Assembly (NCBI GenBank): GCA_017397545.1
Contig: JAFQIK010000017.1
Span: 1-59,801 of the forward strand
Source: Clostridia bacterium
GTDB taxonomy: Bacteria; Bacillota; Clostridia; TANB77; CAG-508
Direction of reading: 5' to 3'
DNA length: 59,801 nt
Shown here: positions 20,801 to 31,384 of the stretch, piece after piece
How the letters are laid out: each line of letters opens with the position of its first letter
Position numbering within the stretch: the first letter of the stretch is position 1
The notes under the pieces: generated by a model
The model's database searches: none
What the model saw: the letters and a program-made list of their open reading frames with translations, nothing else
What the model was told of the DNA's origin: nothing
Translations under genes and position numbers: made by a program

Positions 20801-21808
20801 TATTATGAGGAAATACAAGATGATGAAACTGGTACAGGAGGATGTTTATATATTTTATCTGAAAGCTATTATAATGTAGTTAAAATAGATGTTCCAGATA
20901 ATTCATATAATGTAACAATAAATGTATCTGGAGATACAAAAACACAACCAAGAGACTCTATAATTAATACTAATATTTCAGTAGGTACAATAGCAGGAAA
21001 TGGTGATCAAGCATTTATAGTAAGAAAAGGTGCGACAGTAAATTATACAGTATCAAGAGAACATTATAATACAAAAACAGGTAGTTTTATAGTGGGGCAA
21101 AATATAGACTCAAATAATGAGCAAATAGTAACAATAAATTTAAGTAAAAAAATACTTACACATACTATTACATCTAGTGGAGCAAATATAACAGTGAGAG
21201 GTAATTTTACAGATAGTAATGGAAATATTACAGAAACTTCAAAAACAGGAACTGGTTCAGTACAATTTAAAGTATGGTCAGGAGATAGTAATGTATCTTA
21301 TACAGTATCAAAAACATATTATAATACAAAAACAGATTCAATAAGTGTTACATCAAATGGCGGAACAACAAACGTAACATTAGATAAAACTAAATATTTT
21401 GTAAAAAATTCTAATGTAAGATATGCACATAGTCAAAATTGGGGACTATATAAATGGAGAGACACAGGAAGGTTAAATAGTGATGATGGAAGCTATGATA
21501 ATGCATATATGTATGGTAAGAAAAATGCAACTATTACAATATCAACAGTTAGTGGAATTCCAAATAATTGGATAATGTACTTGGATGGATGTTATGCAGG
21601 TACAAGTAGTAATACAAGATTAACAGTTAGTATAAACGGTACACAAAGACTATCAAAAGATAATATAAGTAATGATGAAAATAATAATTATACAATAACT
21701 GGAACTGGAACGACAGTAAATAATATTGTAATAAGATTTGAAGGAAGAAGTGCTGTAGCAGCAAGAAATTTCTATTTAGATTCAGTATATTTTATTGTAA
21801 ATGATTAA
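14810..21808 (+). CDS. 2332-aa secreted or pilus-associated adhesin-like protein with GLUG-type repeats
   Basis: N-terminal TM, FEGIFDGQGYKI/LGLFG, about 18 GGIVG/GGIAG repeats with N-C-x-N, a Gly-rich domain and C-terminal beta-rich repeats. Confidence 0.8.
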   Translation: MKLQNLSVIFIIIVLPILLIVSYYISLQIDTINMQTAYNTKLLDSTKEAIDAFEINTVEWNANYSETADSKRRDIMASINTFITSFANNTGVAGTSKDYMLSRIPAIAVTLYDGYYIYAPSENRIVVKDDNGLAVYMSKKLCNTKYTNDAGGSRNAISGYSYPNDNSDDGKILYVVAEGKPIDGVYETKSGEKKQFTLNPENAATEYKHILKPFTAYSEQLTNDIVINYTLDNYITLYGKMKDTDGTDNYISKSGYLTDISKINIKFDSNNGIRNIKFDGENIKPEKLEEKISYTDDEVNYYVGSFNYVYEAEGNTKVYYDEVKREFFQLDSDSKRIYMSELPTELYKKCTVPRYKGGQQTYVEYYQSLEDTTGNWFYKDSSGNLMPATNSSTYGLTNDILADYNAINYCVESYLFTKWVDELAKANNIEFLKISGSNDPDPATNANKNSAFENHKREVMQSVINSNLNQAITSYSRRSADEFYLPELTETDWDQVLKNASIITFVQNIPIGMKFYNNYAVVTSTVNKEYVDPNEIYLNASGDKYYHMPYCSELDETNLTGYRSIDYIQKSYIENTKAISPKTLYYYKHDDNTNINIDVEEACYNCLVQKNLYDLADIDSKDKRGAYYTTLTRERYIARMSTLPAEVQAAAYIYVETVDENTGKNIDNAKYTINGSIMNGNGGRFTIPRGTTGLYKIRPIIEDENIAPGGETDLGEINFPKKTITAENVVEYLTQESTSTADVNVIEYGNENIKYNITNLNNAEGGGANEPKVYGNHTGTLSLENDAYINIKLKYKQNYTNVNGEITQVTANIDNYNTLTIGTTVQGISGKIRLKFTNGEKIFYSEDIFEWNKEDLSPKTIYCKIEDNTCEWYLDEWKVEVLSVDNNTITSARKIDYYTINDGEGLREFADAVNGTKGLTKGAKTSGRTFKLIADITEVGNTFPIAGKEKDSNKDGKNDSFEGIFDGQGYKISELTIDIDNNYNALGLFGWVGASAEIKNLSINNITVKYKGSNNNIKLGGLAGYCDANADSIGINNIHIDGGTITGGKYTGGIVGENKRTIDNCTVSNMSRIEGNGDTGGIAGSTTNSISNCNVNNISKISGTESVGGISGYAENTISNCNVNYREDITSNISEITSGDNAGGIVGNTSKSITNCKARYISKISGTGSVGGIAGYTTSTISSCSTSFNTIGNANFSKDKLYHLFIGGIAGYTTGEIKENCSVNATNIGTGNVTMKKSSDEVTIVKITIGGINKYCVGGIVGYTNSNITRTTLNDNVQIKGGKISVDSSVDSKAFDCTGGRVGYKQSSQQADSSWTINCYVSGYDNVGGIIGYNKNGNITGITRSGNVNGAGANVGGIVGCNEGGTISNCTNKGNVTGTGGIEISKIIFRGDAKGNVGGIVGLNYNKDIIKCRNMNPITGKCNVGGIVGLNYGGIIELCENSQTIRGTENRNNVFAYETSSEYCTGTGGIAGKIYSARVTKSKNTGNVECNYNGGGIAGLDHGSVVQYSYNSGKISSSDRNRIGGICGAGNTVSISACYNIGNIEGVRDEVVLHSGIGGIIGSCVDDAYFLYMGEQEIIPANKYISESINIDVVKLGETENNFILCYNVGSLSGNASLIKKTNGIVGCVLWAPGGGKPTFINNLYKDNTDKGAQDSWSDEIREGLTRKNGNDLKKELYNWATKASSSGGQLVPGTTNTYIYNTTAPVETTLGYEGYGILWWQLQGYGRTTFHIYDNVGVPLYPPTLYINSASKYLENDEYYCNKRNITTYGYILMLKEGGSYTAKASQSNYVEETNRTISVVVGQENDVYLGKRPEFILGINSEDNNGSTIKQNLTIPNGNYYIIASGGGGSGPAYPAAYIDWDKNGGGSSGGFIGRVKLEATDGTKYYCEVGGPGSVYWDNAVNKGHDGGNTILKRGNTEILKVTGGKAGGSNYAGKGGTVTTNSLTILREYLKSNGYDGTTDKASSLGAESIMNDTSKNRLAVGIGKDRGSGGTNYYEEIQDDETGTGGCLYILSESYYNVVKIDVPDNSYNVTINVSGDTKTQPRDSIINTNISVGTIAGNGDQAFIVRKGATVNYTVSREHYNTKTGSFIVGQNIDSNNEQIVTINLSKKILTHTITSSGANITVRGNFTDSNGNITETSKTGTGSVQFKVWSGDSNVSYTVSKTYYNTKTDSISVTSNGGTTNVTLDKTKYFVKNSNVRYAHSQNWGLYKWRDTGRLNSDDGSYDNAYMYGKKNATITISTVSGIPNNWIMYLDGCYAGTSSNTRLTVSINGTQRLSKDNISNDENNNYTITGTGTTVNNIVIRFEGRSAVAARNFYLDSVYFIVND

Positions 21809-21816
21809 AATATTAA

Positions 21817-21840
21817 TAGGCGGATTTTACATCCGCCTAT
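21817..21840 (+). terminator. Hairpin after the large adhesin gene
   Basis: TAGGCGGAT-TTTAC-ATCCGCCTA. Confidence 0.6.
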
Positions 21841-21874
21841 CATTAAAACAAAGTATTAGTTAAAGGGGAGTTTA

Positions 21875-22369
21875 ATGAAAAAAGAGAAAAAAAATAAAAA
21901 AACATTAGTAAAAAAAATAATAATATTTATACTTTTAATAATTTTATTAGGTATAGTAGCAACACTAGGACTTATTATATATTCAAGAACTACTAATGTT
22001 AAAGAAAAAAATACAATAACAGCTACTAAAACAATAGAAGAAACACAAACAATAAAGTATATAATAAAAATAAAAGACTATAATATACAAAGTGCAATAA
22101 AAGAAATAACATTTAAAACTGAGCAAGAAGCTAAGTCAGAATATAATAAATATGAAATAATAAATGAATATGAAAGAAGAGAAATTGGATTAGAATTAAA
22201 AAAGAAAAAGCTAATATTAGTAATGCCAGAAAAACAAGTATTGAAAGATATAGGGTATAATACAGAAATTATAAAAACAATAACATTTGAAAATGGAGAA
22301 AAAATTGAAATTATAGATCAAAGTGAAATAAAACAATGTTTAGTGAATCAAGGATATGAAATAAAATAA
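21875..22369 (+). CDS. Membrane-anchored hypothetical protein
   Basis: Basic N-terminus plus TM helix, GGGGAG RBS. Confidence 0.7.
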   Translation: MKKEKKNKKTLVKKIIIFILLIILLGIVATLGLIIYSRTTNVKEKNTITATKTIEETQTIKYIIKIKDYNIQSAIKEITFKTEQEAKSEYNKYEIINEYERREIGLELKKKKLILVMPEKQVLKDIGYNTEIIKTITFENGEKIEIIDQSEIKQCLVNQGYEIK

Positions 22370-22458
22370 TTTTTTCCTTTTTCGGACGGACTTAAATTGG
22401 ACATTTTGCCAAATAGAATGTATTATTTTTGAAATACGTTCTCTTTGGCATTTTTAAT

Positions 22459-22487
22459 TTGACAAGTAGAGCTACAAATTGTATAAT
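22459..22487 (+). promoter_or_regulatory. Consensus sigma-A promoter
   Basis: TTGACA-N17-TATAAT. Confidence 0.8.
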
Positions 22488-22557
22488 ATTAACATAATTA
22501 GTCATTTCGTACCCGAGTTAAAGAAATGAACTAATTTTACTTTATTAAAAAAATAAA

Positions 22558-22758
22558 ATGGAGAACATTATGAGCATTATTAATCTTATTAAGGAAAACG
22601 GAAGTAAAATAATAAAAGGATTTAAAGGCTTAAGTGAGGAAGATTTATTCGGTGTTAGCATCGATGATGACTATGACTGGGATAGCACAGTCAGTGATGC
22701 TAAAAAATCAAATATACCACCTGGAGATGACGGATATGGAGATGATGAGGAAGAATAA
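22558..22758 (+). CDS. Small acidic hypothetical protein (66 aa)
   Basis: Has its own promoter and terminator, D/E-rich C-terminus, no SD sequence. Confidence 0.5.
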   Translation: MENIMSIINLIKENGSKIIKGFKGLSEEDLFGVSIDDDYDWDSTVSDAKKSNIPPGDDGYGDDEEE

Positions 22759-22782
22759 TTAAATAAGCACTCGGGTACAAAC

Positions 22783-22809
22783 GCCACCTTTATAATTAAG
22801 GTGGTTTTT
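22783..22809 (+). terminator. Intrinsic terminator
   Basis: GCCACCTT-TATAATT-AAGGTGGT followed by a T run. Confidence 0.8.
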
Positions 22810-22911
22810 ATAATAAAAAATTTAAAAATTAGTAATAATAATTAATCTTTCCTAATATACATTTATTAAAGTTTAATTGTACAAACATTTTATTTAGGAG
22901 GGAATTAAATT

Positions 22912-24392
22912 ATGGAGAACATGGAAATATATGAGGATATTGCTAATCGTACAGATGGTGATATATATGTAGGGGTTGTTCGGACCGGTTAGAACTGGAA
23001 AATCTACATTTATTAAAAATTTTATGGACTTATTAGTTTTACCAAACATAAAAAATACATATAAAAGAGAAAGAGCAAGAGATGAACTTCCACAAAGTGC
23101 TGCAGGTAGAACAATAATGACAACAGAACCAAAATTTGTACCAAACGAAGCAGTAGAAATTACAGTAGGAGAGAATTTAAAACTAAAAACACGTTTAGTA
23201 GATTGCGTTGGATATTTAGTAAATAATGCATTACGGCTATATGGAAAATGATGTTCCGAGAATGGTAAAAACACCATGGTCAGAAGAAGAAATACCATTT
23301 GAAATTGCAGCAGAAGTAGGAACTAAAAAGGTTATAACAGAACATTCTACAATAGGAATATTAGTTACAACAGATGGAAGTATTACAGAAATTCCAAGAG
23401 AAGACTATATAGAAGCAGAAGAAAGAGTTGTAAGAGAACTAAAAGAATTAAATAAACCGTTTGTAATAGTATTAAATACAAATAACCCATATTCAGATTA
23501 CTGCAAAGAACTTAGCAGAGCTCTAGAAGAAAAATATGGTGTTGCTGTTCTTCCTACAGATTGTACAAATCTAAATATGGAAGATGTAAATGATATTTTT
23601 GGTAAAATATTATATGAGTTCCCAGTAGAAAGAATTAATTTAAATTTTCCAGGTTGGATAGATGGATTATCAGATAGCCATACATTAAAACAAGAATTAT
23701 ATACAAATATAAAAGAAGCATTTAAAGAAACAAATGCAGTTAAAAATGTAAATAATGGAATACAAAGAATAAATACTGCAGAGATTGTTGAGCAAACAAC
23801 AATAAAAGAAATAAATCTTGGTAACGGATCTGTTACTTTAGATATACAACTTCAAAATAATTTATTCTATCAAGTGTTAACAGAAATAACAGGTGTAGAA
23901 GTACAAAACGAAGCAGACCTATTTACAACTATTTCTAATTTTGCAAAAGTCAAAAAAGAGTATGATAAAGTAGCTATGGCATTAGAAGAAGTAAAACAAA
24001 AAGGATATGGAATAGTAACACCTACTATGGAAGAACTAATATTAGATGAACCAGAAATGGTAAAACAAGGATCAAGATTTGGAGTAAGATTAAAAGCAAA
24101 GGCACCATCAATACATATGATAAGAGCAGATATAGAAACAGAAGTATCTCCAATAGTAGGAAGTGAAAAACAATCAGAAGAACTTGTAAATTATCTACTT
24201 TCAGAATTTGAAAATGATCCAATAAAAATTTGGGAATCAAACATATTTGGAAAAAATCTACATGAACTTGTAAACGAAGGACTTCAAAACAAATTATACA
24301 GAATGCCAGAAGATGCACAAGAAAAATTGCAAGATACATTAGAAAGAATAATAAACGAAGGCAGTGGAGGATTGATTTGTATAATTTTATAG
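22912..24392 (+). CDS. spoIVA: Stage IV sporulation protein A, 492 aa after two +1 shifts at CGG 22981 and CGG 23234
   Basis: DIANRTDGDIYVGVV-G-PVRTGKSTFIK, DELPQS, TTEPKF, DCVGY...AL-G-YMEND.PRMV and C-terminal NEGSGGLICIIL. Confidence 0.95.
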
Positions 24393-24400
24393 ATAAATAT

Positions 24401-24520
24401 TGTAGGGGCGAGCGATTTTAGTCCGCCCCTTACATTTATGGAAATTTTTAAAATTATTGTAAACAATGTAGTGGTAGGTTTCTATGCCGACCCGAAAAAA
24501 ATTGATTTTTAGTCCGCTCC
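24401..24520 (+). repeat. Cluster of GTAG REP hairpins (partly degenerate)
   Basis: TGTAGGGGCGAGC..GTCCGCCC; TGTAGTGGTAGG..GCCGACCCG. Confidence 0.6.
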
Positions 24521-24542
24521 CAGAGATTTATTTATATTTAAA

Positions 24543-24716
24543 TCAGTTAAAACACATCAATTTATGAGCACCGCATGCGATTGGAGGGTTTATGCAAAAT
24601 TCTTAAGGAAAATTGAAGGAGGAAGCGGGAACCGAGAGGCTCGTTCAATTTTCGTTTAGAATTTTTTAAACACGTATTGAGACGAGGAGCGCAATAAATT
24701 TATGTTTTTAACTAGA
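24543..24716. repeat. Long imperfect hairpin (MITE-like or ncRNA-like)
   Basis: AGTTAAAACAC..AATTTATG pairs with ATAAATTTATGTTTTTAACT; inner AAAATTCT..GAAAATTGAA / TTCAATTTTC..AGAATTTT. Confidence 0.55.
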
Positions 24717-24831
24717 TTTTATGGATTTTTACAATTAATTCAAATTTACAAATTACAATTTTTAAAATTATATATTGTTTTATAAACGCATATCTTATAT
24801 AATATAGAAAACAAAAAATGAGGTGTAGTAT

Positions 24832-25434
24832 ATGAATTTACCAAATAAATTAACAATATTTAGAATAATATTAGTACCAATAATGGTAGCAATTCCTTTT
24901 TTTAATATACAAGGTGCATTTTTAGAAATACCAATTTCATATTGGATAATGAATTTAATTTTTATTATAGCATCATATACAGACCATTTAGATGGGAAAA
25001 TAGCAAGAAAAAATAATTTAGTAACAACATTTGGTAAATTTGCAGATCCATTGGCAGATAAAATATTAGTATTAGCAGCAATGCTTATATTAGTAGAAGC
25101 TGGAAACCTACCTGCTTGGATACCAATTATAGTGCTATTTAGAGAGTTTGTAGTTTCTGGATATAGATTAATTGCAGTAGAAAAGGGTGGAGAAGTAATA
25201 GCAGCAAATATTTGGGGTAAAATAAAAACAGTAACTCAAATGATAGCAATAATACTAATGTTTATAAATATAAATAACACAAATGTATTTGGAGCATTTA
25301 TTAATGGAAACTTAAAAGGAATGCCATTAGTTATAAATATATTAGCAACAGTAACTATGACAATTTCGGTAATAGCAACAATCTTTTCAGGCTGGAGTTA
25401 TATAAAAAACGGAAAAGATTTATTAAAAGATTAG
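24832..25434 (+). CDS. pgsA: CDP-diacylglycerol--glycerol-3-phosphate 3-phosphatidyltransferase
   Basis: MNLPNKLTIFRI and TDHLDGKIARK..VTTFGKFADPLADK motifs. Confidence 0.96.
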   Translation: MNLPNKLTIFRIILVPIMVAIPFFNIQGAFLEIPISYWIMNLIFIIASYTDHLDGKIARKNNLVTTFGKFADPLADKILVLAAMLILVEAGNLPAWIPIIVLFREFVVSGYRLIAVEKGGEVIAANIWGKIKTVTQMIAIILMFININNTNVFGAFINGNLKGMPLVINILATVTMTISVIATIFSGWSYIKNGKDLLKD

Positions 25435-25454
25435 AGAAAGAAATAGGTAGCTAG

Positions 25455-27522
<2,068 letters not shown>

Positions 27523-27524
<2 letters not shown>

Positions 27525-27593
27525 GCGTGTGGACGTGAGGCCATAAAATTTCATTTCATTAGAAATGGAATTTTTGCCTCCGTCCTAGCGACT
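27523..27593 (+). repeat. ~70-bp repeat, copy 1 (also at the recN 3' end)
   Basis: GAGCGTGTGGACGTGAGGCCATAAAATTTCATTT...AAATGGAATTTTTGCCTCCGTCCTAGCGACT, matching 43872-43943. Confidence 0.8.
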
Positions 27594-27709
27594 AAATTTT
27601 GCAGAATATATTGTAAATAGTGTATAGGTGTAGCCATCGAAGAAATCGCCCCTACAAATTACGCTATAAATAATTCTCATACAAATTACAATTCATAAAG
27701 GAGATTTAA

Positions 27710-27955
27710 ATGAACCACAACGATTATTCATTCGAACAATTATATAAAGATTTAAGCAATGGCTACCAAATATATTATACATATATGGGAACCAGATATT
27801 TGCTAAGTAAATTAAAACAAAATTGTTATTCTAGAGAAATTGTAAAATTTGATGGAAAAGGTCCACATCCTAAAACACAAATAATAACACTTAAAACTGT
27901 TATGGAATTACATCCTTTTATGGAAGATATAGAATACAAAATAAAATCTCTTTAA
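27710..27955 (+). CDS. Hypothetical protein (81 aa)
   Basis: AAGGAG RBS and typical codon usage. Confidence 0.65.
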   Translation: MNHNDYSFEQLYKDLSNGYQIYYTYMGTRYLLSKLKQNCYSREIVKFDGKGPHPKTQIITLKTVMELHPFMEDIEYKIKSL

Positions 27956-28025
27956 ATGCTTGACTTTAATATATTTAGCTAATATAATACAATCAAAATC
28001 GGATTAGTGCGGAGGCTTAAAAAAT

Positions 28026-28670
28026 ATGGCAAAAGGTGAACTAGCTTATTCATTAAATAATGACTTAAAAAATAAAACAGATGCTGAATTGGTAGTGTAT
28101 GCAAGAGAGGGAAACGAAACAGCATTAGAAATTTTATTAGATAAGTATAAAGAACTTATAAACATGAAAGTAGGAAAATATTTTATTATAGGAGCTGAAA
28201 GAGAAGACATTATTCAAGAAGGAATGATAGGCCTATATAAAGCTGTTAAAAATTTTGAAATGGACAAGCAAAATTCTTTTAAATCTTTTGCAAATTTATG
28301 TATAGAAAGACAACTTATAACAGCAATAAAAACCTCAAACAGACAAAAACATATACCATTAAATTCATCAGTATCATTAAATACTACAGTATACGACAAT
28401 GATGATGATGTATCACTTATGGAGTTTTTAAATTCAAACACAGTAGAAGATCCTTTAGATACAATAACTAAAAAAGAATATTATAAATTAATAGGTAATA
28501 AAATAGATGAACATTTAAGTGATTTTGAAAAACAAGTATTAAGTAGATTTGCAGCAGGAGATAGTTATGTAAAAATTGCAGAAAGATTAGATACACCTGT
28601 TAAATCCATAGATAATGCAATACAAAGAATAAGAAAAAAAGCAAATAAAAATATAATAAATGAAGAATAA
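28026..28670 (+). CDS. sigH: RNA polymerase sporulation sigma factor SigH
   Basis: YFIIGAEREDIIQEGMIGLYKA, RQKHIPLN and KSIDNAIQRIRKK motifs. Confidence 0.96.
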   Translation: MAKGELAYSLNNDLKNKTDAELVVYAREGNETALEILLDKYKELINMKVGKYFIIGAEREDIIQEGMIGLYKAVKNFEMDKQNSFKSFANLCIERQLITAIKTSNRQKHIPLNSSVSLNTTVYDNDDDVSLMEFLNSNTVEDPLDTITKKEYYKLIGNKIDEHLSDFEKQVLSRFAAGDSYVKIAERLDTPVKSIDNAIQRIRKKANKNIINEE

Positions 28671-28780
28671 GGTATAGAAGACAAATATAAAATAGTAGAG
28701 TAAATGTAGGGGCGATTTGAAATCGCCCGCTCTTCTTTGAAAAGACTTAAACTTTATGAAAAAATTTAGCATAATTATAT

Positions 28781-28856
<76 letters not shown>

Positions 28857-28926
28857 AATGTGCGACTTGAAGTCGCAGTGAATAGTGAAGAGTTAATAGT
28901 GAATAGCTTTGAAAAGAGGTATGAAA

Positions 28927-30018
28927 ATGAAAATAGGAATAGTAGGTTTACCAAACGTAGGCAAAAGCACAATGTTTAATAGTATAACAAATGCAGGAGC
29001 AGAATGTGCAAATTATCCATTTTGCACAATTGAGCCAAATGTAGGAGTTGTACCCGTTCCAGACGAAAGATTACAAGTTTTAACTAAAATGTATAATGCT
29101 GAAAAAACCACACATGCAATTGTAGAATTTGTAGATATTGCAGGACTTGTAAAAGGTGCAAGTAAAGGTGAAGGCTTAGGAAATAAATTTTTATCTCATA
29201 TTAGAGAAGTAGATGCAATTGCACAAGTTGTAAGATGCTTTGAAGATCCTAACATTGTTCATGTAGATGGAAATATTAATCCGTTAAGAGATATAGAAAC
29301 AATAAACTTAGAATTAATTTTTGCAGATATAGAAACAGTAGAAAAAAGGTTAGATAAAGCAAGAAAAATGCTAAAAGCAGATAAAAAATATCAAATAGAA
29401 ATTGATATGCTAGAAAAAATAAAAAAACATTTAGAAGAAGAAAAACCAGTTAGAACGTTAGAATTTAATGAAGAAGAAAAAGAAATACTAAAAGAAATAA
29501 TGCTTATTACTGCAAAACCAATTCTATATATATGTAATGTGTCAGAAGAACAATTAGTAGATGCAGAAAATGATGATAATGTTAAAAAAGTAAAAGCACA
29601 TGCAATTACAGAAAATAGCATAGCAATTCCACTTTGTGCAAAAATAGAAGAAGAGTTAACAGGATTAGACGAAGATGACAAAAAAGAAATGCTAGAAGCA
29701 CTTGGACTAAAAGAATCTGGATTAGACAGAGTAATAAAAGAAAGTTATTCTGTTTTAGGATTAATGTCATTTTTAACAGCAGGAGAACCAGAAGTAAGAG
29801 CTTGGACAATAAAAAAAGGAACAAAAGCACCTGTTGCAGCAGGAAAAATACATTCAGATATACAAAGAGGGTTTATAAAAGCAGAAATTGTATCTTACGA
29901 TGACTTAATAAATGAAGGTTCAATGGTTAAAGCAAAAGAAAAAGGATTAGTTAGGTCAGAAGGAAAAGAATATATTATGCAAGAAGGGGACATAGTATTA
30001 TTTAAATTTAATGTATAA
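28927..30018 (+). CDS. ychF: Redox-regulated ATPase YchF
   Basis: GIVGLPNVGKST, NYPFCTIEPN, DIAGLVKGAS and C-terminal FKFNV. Confidence 0.97.
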   Translation: MKIGIVGLPNVGKSTMFNSITNAGAECANYPFCTIEPNVGVVPVPDERLQVLTKMYNAEKTTHAIVEFVDIAGLVKGASKGEGLGNKFLSHIREVDAIAQVVRCFEDPNIVHVDGNINPLRDIETINLELIFADIETVEKRLDKARKMLKADKKYQIEIDMLEKIKKHLEEEKPVRTLEFNEEEKEILKEIMLITAKPILYICNVSEEQLVDAENDDNVKKVKAHAITENSIAIPLCAKIEEELTGLDEDDKKEMLEALGLKESGLDRVIKESYSVLGLMSFLTAGEPEVRAWTIKKGTKAPVAAGKIHSDIQRGFIKAEIVSYDDLINEGSMVKAKEKGLVRSEGKEYIMQEGDIVLFKFNV

Positions 30019-30113
30019 AATTTGTAAAAAACTATTGCAATATTTAAAATTTTGTAGTATAAATATAAAAGAATTAATTATAATAATATTATAAATAAAA
30101 GAGGAGATAAAAA

Positions 30114-30473
30114 ATGTCAAGAATTAAAACAAAAGAATTAATAATATGTATAATATCACTAGCAATTTTAATGTTAACTTTAGTAACAGATGTATTTGCA
30201 ATAGATATAGATTCAGCTTTAGGAGGAAACAATAATGTAAATGAATTTGAAACAATTACTGATGATACAAATACTAATACAAACATAAATACTAATGCAA
30301 ACACAAACACTAACACTAATGTAAACGCAAATACAAATACAAATGCAAATAATAATAATACAACTACAATGCCAAATACAGGTGTAGATTATTCAGTTGT
30401 ATTTATAATAGCAGTATGTGGAATATCTGCAATATATGCATATAAAAAAATAAGAGATTACAATAATTTTTAA
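30114..30473 (+). CDS. Small sortase-anchored surface protein with an Asn/Thr repeat
   Basis: Signal peptide, (NT)n tract, MPNTG motif, TM helix and basic tail. Confidence 0.8.
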   Translation: MSRIKTKELIICIISLAILMLTLVTDVFAIDIDSALGGNNNVNEFETITDDTNTNTNINTNANTNTNTNVNANTNTNANNNNTTTMPNTGVDYSVVFIIAVCGISAIYAYKKIRDYNNF

Positions 30474-30500
30474 GAATAATAATTAAAAACTGCCGGCAAA

Positions 30501-31148
30501 TTAATGCTTGGCAGTTATTTTTTGTTCTATTGCTTTAACAATTAATCTATTTTTATTAATATTATTACATGTAACTAAAGTTATTTCTCTTTTGCCATTT
30601 GTATTTTGATTAGTACAAGATGTATCACTTTTAGAAGTTTCAAATTTATTATAAATAGAGTAAGTAACAAGTAATTTGTTAGAATCATATATATTAATCA
30701 CATCACCGATATCTAATTTATATAAATTGCTAAAAAAACTATTATTATCGTAATTATGGCCAGCTATACAAAGATTGCCAATTTTATTGGGATAAGGACC
30801 ATAAAATCTACATGCAGAAATTTTTAAAAGTTCATCATTTACATCTGATAAAATAGGATATTTTATATTGATTTTTGGTATTTCAATAATGCCTATTACA
30901 AAATAATTTCCGTTTTTATTTAATTCTACTGTAGTATAATTTTCAGATTTAGAGTAAAGACGTTCTAAACTAAATGTGTTTAGTAATGTATTTGAAATGT
31001 TTTTGTCTTTAATTCTATTAATATAAAAATAGAGCAAATAAATTGAAAAAGAAATAATCATTATTAATGATATAAAAAGTTGCATTTTTAAAATTTTTTT
31101 ATACTTGTTTCTTTTTTTTAGATTTTTAATTTCTAGAATTTGATTCAT
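30501..31148 (-). CDS. Sortase (class D-like)
   Basis: IEIPKI, NLCIAGHNY and ITLVTC...R catalytic motifs. Confidence 0.9.
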   Translation of the reverse strand: MNQILEIKNLKKRNKYKKILKMQLFISLIMIISFSIYLLYFYINRIKDKNISNTLLNTFSLERLYSKSENYTTVELNKNGNYFVIGIIEIPKINIKYPILSDVNDELLKISACRFYGPYPNKIGNLCIAGHNYDNNSFFSNLYKLDIGDVINIYDSNKLLVTYSIYNKFETSKSDTSCTNQNTNGKREITLVTCNNINKNRLIVKAIEQKITAKH

Positions 31149-31221
31149 AATATATTAGTTTATATAAATGAAAAATAAATATACAGTGAGATTAGTAAAA
31201 TACTAAAATTTATAGAGTATT

Positions 31222-31319
31222 TGTAGGGGCGAATTGCATTCGCCCGCCACTTACAGAGCCTTGCTAAAAATATTAATAACAATTTCTTGGAGGACGGGCG
31301 ATTAAAAATTGCCCCTACA
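31222..31319. repeat. Inverted GTAG REP pair
   Basis: TGTAGGGGCGAAT..ATTCGCCCGC facing GGGCGATT..AATTGCCCCTACA. Confidence 0.8.
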
Positions 31320-31384
31320 AAACCCTACATTTTAAATTTTAGTCTGAACAGTAACCTAAAAATCAAGTTTTTTCCAGTAAAAGC

